Counted from the first letter of the stretch, positions 43,705 to 53,252 are shown. The stretch: 53,252 bases of DNA from Mayamaea pseudoterrestris (GCA_027923505.1 BROI01000020.1:620001-673252), one strand, 5' to 3'. The notes: generated by a model from the letters alone, not told the origin. Made by a program: numbers and translations.

Positions 43705-45837
43705 GCTGCAATTGGGCATGCACTTGGCTCAGACTGGTGGGAATGGAACGCAGGCTCCGCGGTTTTCTTCTGGCGGTGGCCAGACGCTTTCAGCCGCCAA
43801 CAAAAGCCTGAGTATGCCATAAGTGGTGCTGTCATAAGCAAAGTCAACAAGAACTTGTTGCGCCAGTTCAATCGTCAAGTGGCACAGGAGACTCAGATAT
43901 CTGTCTTGTGTTTGATGCAACAGCAAGTGGGTTGAATGAAGTACTCTTTTCGCCTTGGTTCGCTCTGCCGACAGTGAGCCAAATGGTGCACACAGTCGAC
44001 GTGGGCTACTTCTGTGCCGACAATGACTTTGGTGAAATGTTTTACAACTTCTGGCTCCATAAAGACTTGCGGCACGCATTCAACCACTTGGTCGGAGGAG
44101 CAGCGGTGGCCAGCGGAAGGTCTCTTTACGCTGACTACAGGGACCACCGTCAGCACAGCAGCTTGGCTGAGCCCTTCAAACGTTTTCCATTGGACACGTG
44201 TGAAGCTAAACGTTCCTGGGATGTCGGATTACAACCCAGGCAAACCTTGGATCTGCAAACTGCGAGCAAATGGTGACATTGCAGCAGACATGCATTTGTT
44301 TGTGGATGACGGTCGCACCACTGGGCCCACGGAGGAGGATGCCTGGCAAGGAGGCAGCAAGGTAGCCAAGATGTCAGCCTGGTATGGCTTGCAAGATGCA
44401 GCCCGAAAACGGCGGCCTCCAAGCCAGACTCCAGGGGCCTGGTCTGGGTCAGTTGTGGCGACAACGGCCGATGGGGTCTTTCTGTCAGTGTCGCAGGAAC
44501 GGTGGGACAAGACAAAGACTGCAGTGCAGTGGATTGCGGCGCAGTTGGGAAACAATCCGGTCGAGATTGAATTCAAGCCCCTCGAGCGCTTTAGGGGTTT
44601 CCTGGTGTATGTGGGTCAGACATATCGAGCAATGGTTCCTTACCTTCAAGGAATACATTTGACATTGGATAGCTGGAGGCCAAACCGAGATGACAAAGAA
44701 TGGCGGTTGGCAAGGAGTGCCTGGCCCGAGGAACTGGACAGCGCAGTAAACTTGAGTGTGGAAGATCCAAAGGCTCCTGAGCGCGTTAAAACAGTTGAGT
44801 GTCTGGCGTCGGATGTAGATGCGCTACTGCACTTGACACATTACAAGAAGCCACCTCAAGTGACGGCTCGGCCAAGCAGTTGTGCGCGAGTGGTGATTGG
44901 GTTTGGAGACGCATTGGGCAATGGATTTGGAGTGTCAGAGGCAGACAATAAAGGAGGTTATCAAGCAATTTGATACGTCTATGGCGTGTGAGAGAAGGAA
45001 GTCAGCCAGGAGTCGTCAAATTTTTTGGGAGCTTAACTACTTTGTCATCCGTGTCGAGTCAGGACTAAGGAACGGTGACATTAAACCTGGAACTGAGTTC
45101 TTTCTTTTCACAGACAACTTTGTGACCGAGCGTGCCTTCTACAAGGGTACGAGCAAGGCCAAGGTTCTTTTAAGCTTGGTACTCCGGCTCCGAAAGTTGG
45201 AAATGGAAGGAAGCATATTCCTCCATATCATCTGGTGCGCTGGCAAGCGAATGATTGCTCAAGGAACCGATGGGCTATCTTGCGGTGACTTGGCTAATGG
45301 AGTGCTTATTGGGCAGTCCATGCTTGATTTTGTGCCCCTCCACTTGTCGGCTTCCCAGCACGCTCCACAGCTCCACATCTGCAGAAATGGATGCTGACAT
45401 GGTGCCCTGACAATGCCCAATTTCTCAGTGCTCCAGAGTGGTTTGATAGCGCTCACGTCAGCGAGTGTCCGATGGTTTGGATTCCGCCGCCAGCTCTCTG
45501 TGATGTCGCCGTGGAACAGTTGTGTGAAGCGCGACACACCCGGCCAAATGTTTTCCACTGCGTGGTTGTTCCCAACTTGATGACAAGCCGGTGGAGGAAG
45601 CAGTTGCGGAAGGCTAGCAACGTCATGTTCACCATTCCCATAGGAGTGGACTTTTGGGGAGAGGAGATGTTTGAATCGCCAACACTAGCACTTGTTTTCC
45701 CTCTTCTTCCTCAAAGCCCTTGGCAGATGCGGCATTTGGAATCGGTTAGAGAGGCGGAACGCGAACTGTCAGGAGTGTGGAAAGGACTTGAAGACCAGCG
45801 AAGCGCTGAAGTGTGCAAACTTTGGCTTCAGGCGTGA
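43705..45837 (+). pseudogene. pol-like ORF remnant: reverse transcriptase, RNase H and MT-like domain
   Basis: WWEWNAGSAVFFWRWP; DICLVFDATASGLN...WFALPT...DNDFGEMFYNF (RT motif A region); LFVDDGR (YxDD equivalent); GFLVYV. RNase H: GFGDALGNGFG, SSNF-x-EL, FLFTDN, TDGLSCG. VWIPPP...VVVP. Stops at 44971 and 44989; frameshifts near 44170, 45021-45026 (T run) and 45362-45377 (8-bp duplication gctccaca). Confidence 0.88.
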
Positions 45838-47234
45838 ACAATGGCACGACTGTGAGGGTGTGTGGCATTGGAGCTGCTATCGAGCGTCGGGAGACGATGA
45901 TTACCCACGACAGCACTTGCTTGGAGATGAAGGCAGTTTTGAGGAAGACGAGCTGAGGGAGGAGGACCGTTTCCAAGTGGCAAGGCGCGGGGATCATTTA
46001 CTGTGCCCTTTTCAGTGTGATCTTTGCCACTTTCGAAACTTGCGGGCGAAGGAACCGGATATTTGGAAGGAGACAGATGCGAAACTTTTAGTTGCTTTGC
46101 GCCAAGCAATTTTGGATTCCTTCTGGTCAAGAGAGAAGTCAACGGTGGAGTCCAATTGGCGAGAGAGAAATCATGTAGCGAAGGCGATGACAGCGTTTGG
46201 TTTCGAGCAAGAGCCTGTACAAGCCGAGGTTAAGCCGTACCCCACATTCGACAGCTGGGGCATGTTTCAAGCAGTTACCCTGTTACACCGCTCTTTAGAC
46301 GCGGGCAAAAATTCTGCGACTATCCAATTTGGGACAATGCGACGCTTGCGGACGCACTTCACTAACCTGGCGCTCACGAAGCCGGATGGCGTTCAATTGA
46401 CAAGCATCACTGGAATGCAAGGAGCGCAGCATTTCAGTGACAGTCCTACGCACTCGTATTGGTTCAAGCGTTTCCTTGAAGGGTGCCACAAGCGCATGGG
46501 AGATAATGTGCAACCTGATCGAGGGGTAACGATAGACATGATGCTTAAGTTGCAGGTGGTCTTTGAGGAGGACTGGTCCTCGGGCCAGGGTGCGGAATGT
46601 CTGGAATTGGCTCAACTGGCGTGTTTCATTTTGGCTGGTTTTGCTGGGGGCCTGCGAGGGGAAGAAGTTCTAAAGGCCGAGCTTTCCCCCACCCTGGAGC
46701 ATCTGGACGAAAGCCTTACTCATCCAAGAAAGAAGCACTTCACTCTGGGACTGCTTGGACGGGTCAAGGGAGAGTGAGGCGACCAATGCCATCTCCTTCC
46801 GCTCACTCTGGTGACACACTCTGGGCTACAAAATTGGACATTGGTTCTGCCGGTTATTGAACGAGTACGCCACCATTGGAGTGTCCAGTGGACCAATGTT
46901 TTGGGTAGACAGACGAGGAAAGTCAAGCCGAGGGTGCGTTGCGGATTACAACCCACGTTTCCATGAGTACCTGCGAATGATCCAAGGCCGGTGGCCGGAG
47001 GTGCTCAGTACTGGAGTTGACGTGACGGAGTTTGGACTTCTGCGCTCACTGCGAAGAGGTTCTACTGCTCAAGCAAGGAACCGGAAGGTAAAGGACAGTG
47101 TTATTGAGAGTAACAACCGTTGGCGGAAAGTGGAAAGGGCAAAAGGAAGGCAAGTTCACGTTGGAATGATGGAGCACTACTCCGACGTGACTGCATCAAT
47201 TGAGACCCTATTGATTTACTCGGAATCGTTGTAG
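45692..47234 (+). pseudogene. Tyrosine recombinase with Cys/His-rich N-terminus, interrupted by one stop and one frameshift
   Basis: GGLRGEE (Arg I), GRVKGE (Lys), RSLRRGSTAQA (HxxR equivalent), NNRWRK (Trp), MMEHY (Tyr nucleophile). TGA at 46775 and a +1 shift near 46823. The ORF overlaps the pol 3' end in another frame, as in DIRS-order elements. Confidence 0.88.
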
Positions 47235-47324
47235 CAGCAGTGCCCACTGACAACGCGGGCACTGTGGGACCAATACATGATCACAAGCGATTGCCGAGTA
47301 AGGGAGAAAGCAGAGACCAAGGGG

Positions 47325-47780
47325 GCAGGAAAGCGGAGCTTTATTCTATTTTATGGAGTAAGGTTCTGACCCGCTTCTTTTCATTCAGACCGTTCGGGAG
47401 AGCTACAGCGTTTACCTTATCGCGTCACCGCGCTTTGTGGGGCAGCCACAGAGCGTTGGAGATCCTCACTGGCTTGTCCATCAGCGCGGCCATAGGTTTG
47501 ACTCACGAGTCGAGGTCGACTAAAGTCCTCGCTGGAGTTTCTCGTGAAGGGAACGAAGCCACTACAGAGTGGTGAAGAAGGGGGCTCACTGAACGAATCC
47601 CAGAGGGATTCCGAAAGGAATCGCACTGGGTCTCGCGCAGGGCGCTTTGCTTGCAGGGCGGACCGGGGAACCTGATCAGTAGCACCAGGTGCAAATGGTA
47701 TATGTTACGAAAGTCGTTTCGTCTTCTAAGAGAATGAAGTAGTAAAGTGTCAACATGGACTGATGAAAGAAGTACCACCA
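47325..47780 (+). repeat. Split direct repeat B1 of the YR retrotransposon
   Basis: gcaggaaagcggagctttattc... matches 47990 onward at an offset of 665 bp. Nearly identical for ~330 bp, then indel-rich up to the shared end gaagtaccacca. Confidence 0.9.
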
Positions 47781-47989
47781 CAACAGCCAAGCTACGAGCG
47801 TCACAACGGAACCACGAGTCAACGGATTTGGGGGCAATTGAATAGCATTGGAGGCCATCCAAGTTGCAAGGAGACGAAACGATCAGTTGTTGCAAGTGGA
47901 GCTTGATTGCTGTCGACCCAAGAATTAACGAGATCTCTCTTGGGAGCAGTATAAAGGCTTGATTTGTTTAATTTTCCCACCCACCCACC

Positions 47990-48467
47990 GCAGGAAAGCG
48001 GAGCTTTATTCTATTTTATGGAGTAAGGTTCTGACCCGCTTCTTTTCATTCAGACCGTTCGGGAGAGCTACAGCGTTTACCTTATCGCGTCACCGCGCTC
48101 TGTGGGGCAGCCACAGAGCGTCGGAGATCCTCACTGGCTTGTCCATCAGCGCGGCCATAGGTTTGACTCACGAGTCAAAGCCGACTAAAGTTTTTGCTGG
48201 AGTTTCTCGTGAAGGGAACGAAGCCACTAGAGAGTGGTGAAGAAGGGGGCTCACTGAACGGATCGCAGAGGGATTCCGAAAGGAATCGCACTGGGGCTCG
48301 CGCAGGGCGCTTTGCTTGCAGGGCGGACCAGGGACTTAACCTACCCCCAACTGGGTGCAGTAGCACTAGTGGTCAAATGTTATATGTTACGAAAGTCGTT
48401 TCGTGTCTAAGAGAATGAAGTAGTAGTTCAACATGGAGTCATGACTAAGCGAGAAGAAGTACCACCA
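47990..48467 (+). repeat. Split direct repeat B2 (3' terminus of the element)
   Basis: Second copy of 47325-47780. Similarity ends at gaagtaccacca (48467). Confidence 0.9.
47994..48420 (+). ncRNA. Candidate ~430-nt structured cis-acting RNA of unknown class (also present in B1)
   Basis: Several hairpins and nested long-range stems found by eye, many with G-U pairs, which favours + strand RNA. Details in findings. Confidence 0.55.
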
Positions 48468-48667
48468 TGGATACGGCCTCCACTGTGGGTATGGCCAACA
48501 CCACAAGTTGTAGATTCTGACCTGTCAAACGTCCCATGCCCTGGCCTCCCAAATACCCAATAAGTCAGGCAAATCATGTCCAGCGTATGCCATTGACAGG
48601 TGCAGAGTCTCAAATGGTGCAAAAAGGACTGCCTGGAGGCTGACACCATGGGTACAGCCTCCACTGT
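48463..48667. repeat. Single ~181-bp unit bounded by direct repeats (possible third satellite monomer)
   Basis: accatggatacggcctccactgt at 48464 and accatgggtacagcctccactgt at 48645 (period 181). Confidence 0.6.
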
Positions 48668-51600
48668 TTGGTGACAAGTTGTCACCAAATACATTGCCAT
48701 CCCCTGAGACACCAGCCAAGCCTACCATCTTGTAGCGCAGCCTGATTAAGGATGTTGGCACCATTCTGGTATATTTTGAGCACCAACAGGGCTTGCTGAA
48801 GGGGCGTTTAAATGTCATGGCATCTGCGGGCTGAGACTGGTGACAAGTTGTCACCAAATACATTGCCATCCCCTGAGACACCAGCCAAGCCTACCATCTT
48901 GTAGCGCAGCCTGCATAATGATGTTGGCACCATTTTGGTGTATTTTTAGCACCTACAGGGCTTGCTGAAGGGGCGTTTGAATGTCACGTCATCTGTGGGC
49001 TGAGACTGGTGACAAGTTGTCACCGAATACATTGCCATCCCCTGAGACACCAGCCAAGCCTACCATCTTGTAGCGCAGCATGATTAAGGATGTTGGCACC
49101 ATTCTGGTGTATTTTGAGCACCAACAGGGCTTGCTGAAGGGGTGTTGAATGTCACGGCATCTGCGGGCTGAGACTGGGGACAAGTTGTTAGCAAATACAT
49201 TGCCATCCCCTGAGACACCAGCCAAGCCTACAATCTTGTAGCGCAGCCTGAATAAGGATGTTGGCACCATTCGGGTGTATTTTGGGCACTTACAGGGCTT
49301 GCTGTAGGGGCATTTAAATGTCACGGCATCTGCGGGCTGAGACTGGTGACAAGTTGTCACCAAATGCATTGCCATCCCCTGAGACACCATCCAAGCCTAC
49401 CATCTTGTAGCGCAGTCTGAATAATGATGTTGGCACCATTCGGGTGCTTTTTGGGCACCTACAGGGCTTGCTGGAGTGGTGTTTGAATGTCACGGCATCT
49501 GCGGGCTGAGACTGGTGACAAGTTGTCACCAAATACATTGCCATATCCTGAGACACCAGCCAAGCCTACCCACTTGTAGTGCATCCTGAATAATAATGTT
49601 GGCACTATTCTGGTGTATTTTAGGCACCTACAGGGCTTGCTGTAGGGGCGTTTGAATGTCATGGCATCTGCGGGCTGAGACTGGTGACAAGTTGTCACCA
49701 AATGCATTGCCATTCCCTGAGACACCATCCAAGACTACCATCTTGTAGCGCAGCCTGAATAAGGATGTTGGCACCATTCGGGTGTATTTTGGGCACCTAC
49801 AGGGCTTGCTGTAGGGGCGTTTAAATGTCACGGCATCTGCGGGCTGAGACTGGTGACAAGTTGTCACCAAATGCATTGCCATCCCCTGAGGCACCCGACA
49901 ATCCAAAGGGGCATTTAAATGTCACGGCATCTGCGGGCTGAGACTGGTGACAAGTTGTCACCAAATGCATTGCCATCCCCTGAGACACCATCCAAGCCTA
50001 CCATCTTGTAGCGCAGTCTGAATAATGATGTTGGCACCATTCGGGTGCTTTTTGGGCACCTACAGGGCTTGCTGGAGTGGTGTTTGAATGTCACGGCATC
50101 TGCGGGCTGAGACTGGTGACAAGTTGTCACCAAATACATTGCCATATCCTGAGACACCAGCCAAGCCTACCCACTTGTAGTGCATCCTGAATAATAATGT
50201 TGGCACTATTCTGGTGTATTTTAGGCACCTACAGGGCTTGCTGTAGGGGCGTTTGAATGTCATGGCATCTGCGGGCTGAGACTGGTGACAAGTTGTCACC
50301 AAATGCATTGCCATTCCCTGAGACACCATCCAAGACTACCATCTTGTAGCGCAGCCTGAATAAGGATGTTGGCACCATTCGGGTGTATTTTGGGCACCTA
50401 CAGGGCTTGCTGTAGGGGCGTTTAAATGTCACGGCATCTGCGGGCTGAGACTGGTGACAAGTTGTCACCAAATGCATTGCCATCCCCTGAGGCACCCGAC
50501 AATCCAATCATCTTGTAAGACAGTCTGTAAGACAGTCTGAATAATGATGTTGGCACCATTCGGGTGCTTTTTGGGCACCTACAGGACTTGCTTTAGGGGC
50601 GTTTGAATGTCAAGGCACCTGCAAGCTGAGACTGTTGACAAGTTGTCACCAATATCAGTTCTGAGACACCAGCCAAGCATACCATCTTGTAGCGCAGTCT
50701 GAATAATGATGTTGGCACCATTCGGGTGCTTTTTGGGCACCTACAGGACTTGCTTTAGGGGCGTTTGAATGTCAAGGCACCTGCAAGCTGAGACTGTTGA
50801 CAAGTTGTCACCAATATCATTGCAGTCTTCTCAGATCCCAGCCAAGCATACCATCTTGTAGCGCAGCCTGAATAATGATGTTGGCATCATTCTGGTGTGA
50901 TTTGGGTGTATACATGGCTTGCTGTAGGGGCGTTTGAATGTCAAGGCACCTGCAGGCTGAGACTGGTGACAAGTTGTCACCAATATCATTGCAGTCTTCT
51001 GAGACACCAGCCAATCATACCAGCTTGTAGAGCTGCCTGAATAATGATGTTGGCATCATTTTGGTGTGATTTGGGTGTATGCATGGCTTGCTGTAGGGGC
51101 GTTTGAATGTCAAGGCATCTGCGGGCTGAGACTGGTGACAAGTTGTCACCAATATCATTGCAATCTACTGAGATCCCAGCCAAGCATACCATCTTGTTGC
51201 GCAGCCTGAATAATGATGTTGGCATCATTCTGGTGTGATTTGGGTGTATACATGGCTTGCTGTAGGGGCGTTTGAATGTCAAGGCTGCATCTGCAGGCTG
51301 AGACTGGTGTCAAGTTGTCACCAATATGATTCCAGTATTCTGAGACCCCAGCCAAGCATACCATCTTGTAGCGCAGCCTGAATAATGATGTTGGCATCAT
51401 TCTGGTGTGATTTGGGTGTATACATGGCTTGCTGTAGGGGCGTTTGAATGTCAAGGCATCTGCAGGCTGAGACTGGTGACAAGTTGTCACCAATATCATT
51501 GCAGTCTACTGAGACACCAGCCAAGCATACCATCTTGTTGCGCAGCCTGAATAATGATGTTGGCATCATTCTGGTGTGATTTGGGTGTATGCATGGCTTG

Positions 51601-53252
51601 CTGTAGGGCGTTTGAATGTCAAGGCATCTGCAGGCTGAGACTGGTGACAAGTTGTCACCAATATCATTGCAATCTACTGAGATCCCAGCCAAGCATACCA
51701 TCTTGTTGAGCTGCCTGAATAATGATGTTGGCATCATTCTGGTGTGATTTGGGTGTATACATGGCTTGCTGTAGGGGCGTTTGAATGTCAAGGCACCTGC
51801 AGGCTGAGACTGGTGACAAGTTGTCACCAATATCATTGCAGTCTACTGAGACACCAGCCAAGCATACCATCTTGTAGCGCAGCCTGAATAATGATGTTGG
51901 CATCATTCTGGTGTGATTTGGGTGTATACATGGCTTGCTGTAGGGGCGTTTGAATGTCAAGGCATCTGCGGGCTGAGACTGGTGACAAGTTGTCACCAAT
52001 ATCATTGCAGTCTTCTGAGACCCCAGCCAAGCATACCATCTTGTTGCGCAGCCTGAATAATGATGTTGGCATCATTCTGGTGTGATTTGGGTGTATACAT
52101 GGCTTGCTGTAGGGGCGTTTGAATGTCTCGGCAACTGGGGGGCTGAGACTGGTGACAAGTTGTCACCAATATCATTGCAGTCTTCTGAGACCCCAGCCAA
52201 GCATACCATCTTGTTGCGCAGCCTGAATAATGATGTTGGCATCATTCTGGTGTGATTTGGGTGTATACATGGCTTGCTGTAGGGGCGTTTGAATGTCAAG
52301 GCATCTGCGGGCTGAGACTGGTGACAAGTTGTCACCAATATCATTGCAGTCTACTGAGACACCAGCCAAGCATACCAGCTTGTAGAGCAGCCTGAATAAT
52401 GATGTTGGCATCATTCTGGTGTGATTTGGGTGTATACATGGCTTGCTGTAGGGGCGTTTAAATGTCATGCGGGCTTGAGACTGGTGACAAGTTGCACTCT
52501 GAGACAATAGCTAAGCATACCATCTTGTTGGGCAGCCTGAATAATGATGTTGGCATCATCTGGTGTGATTTGGGTTGTATACATGTGTGTCAAGGCATCT
52601 GCGGGCTGAGACTGGTGACAAGTTGTCACCAATATCATTGCAGTCTACTGAGACATTATCCAAGCATACCATCTTGTTGCGCAGCCTGAATAATGATGTT
52701 GGCATCATTCTGGTGTGATTTGGGTGTATACATGGCTTGCTGTAGGGGCGTTTGAATGTCAAGGCTGCATCTGCAGGCTGAGACTGGTGACAAGTTGTCA
52801 CCAATATGATTGCAGTCTTCTGAGACCCCAGCCAAGCATACCATCTTGTTGCGCAGCCTGAATAATGATGTTGGCATCATTCTGGTGTGATTTGGGTGTA
52901 TACATGGCTTGCTGTAGGGGCGTTTGAATGTCAAGGAACTCCGGGCTGAGACTGGTGACAAGTTGTCACCAATATGATTGCAGTCTTCTGAGACCCCAGC
53001 CAAGCATACCATCTTGTTGCGCAGCCTGAATAATGATGTTGGCATCATTCTGGTGTGATTTGGGTGTATACATGGCTTGCTGTAGGGGCGTTTGAATGTC
53101 AAGGCATCTGCGGGCTGAGACTGGTGACAAGTTGTCACCAATATCATTGCAATCTACTGAGATCCCAGCCAAGCATACCATCTTGTTGCGCAGCCTGAAT
53201 AATGATGTTGGCATCATTCTGGTGTGATTTGGGTGTATACATGGCTTGCTGT
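48667..53252. repeat. Satellite B: 169-bp tandem array, about 27 monomers, two subfamilies, continuing past the window end
   Basis: ggtgacaagttgtcacc recurs at 48670, 48839 and 49008 (period 169). Subfamily 1 runs to ~50510 and subfamily 2 from ~50800. Confidence 0.97.

Larger units (their letters stand above)
43314..48467 (+). mobile_element. Decayed, 5'-truncated tyrosine-recombinase retrotransposon (DIRS order; PAT/Ngaro-type split direct repeats)
   Basis: Order: RT, RNase H, MT-like domain, overlapping YR ORF, then repeat B1 (47325-47780), spacer A2 (47781-47989) and B2 (47990-48467). No LTR pair, no DDE integrase, no poly(A). Confidence 0.88.

Noticed and set aside
47755..47800. CTGATGA at the end of B1 as a hammerhead core
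   Set aside because: No stem II plus GAAA follows it, and the motif is absent from B2.
47325..48467. Pair of LTRs
   Set aside because: Both copies lie 3' of the ORFs only ~210 bp apart, with no TG...CA ends, PBS or integrase. This fits split direct repeats of a YR element.
48428..53217. Many minus-strand ORFs (MILVTTCHQSQPAD...)
   Set aside because: They are satellite B translations. The 169-bp period shifts frame in every monomer.
36130..53252. CRISPR array interpretation of the regular repeats
   Set aside because: Whole 169-174 bp monomers repeat with no unique spacers, there are no cas genes, and the context is eukaryotic.

Overview
Eukaryotic genomic DNA, most likely from a diatom or related stramenopile. 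The evidence is short GT-AG introns, bipartite signal peptides with an 'AF' plastid-targeting motif, and protein families I recognise from diatoms. Positions 1-34.1 kb are gene-dense: two tandem secreted sulfatases, a TPR-PDK1-like kinase fused to a degenerate CPPED1-like phosphoesterase, an HtrL-like protein, a globin, an ARM-like protein, a fibrillin-like plastid protein, a NifS/selenocysteine-lyase-like enzyme, a GTP cyclohydrolase II-DHBP synthase fusion in reversed domain order, two 'RGLE'-motif proteins and a type I membrane protein with an apparent premature stop. From 34.1 kb the window is almost entirely repetitive. In order: a 6-mer tract, an 8-mer tract, a 344-bp duplication, about 41 copies of a 174-bp satellite, a decayed tyrosine-recombinase (DIRS/PAT/Ngaro-type) retrotransposon ending in split direct repeats (B1-A2-B2), one 181-bp unit, and about 27 copies of a palindrome-bearing 169-bp satellite running off the end. 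The strongest novelty candidate is the retroelement's B repeat, which appears to fold into a ~430-nt multibranched RNA. A PHD-like finger on the recombinase, a methyltransferase-like module and a candidate CACCA crossover site in satellite DNA add to this. All calls are by eye; no searches or folding programs were run.
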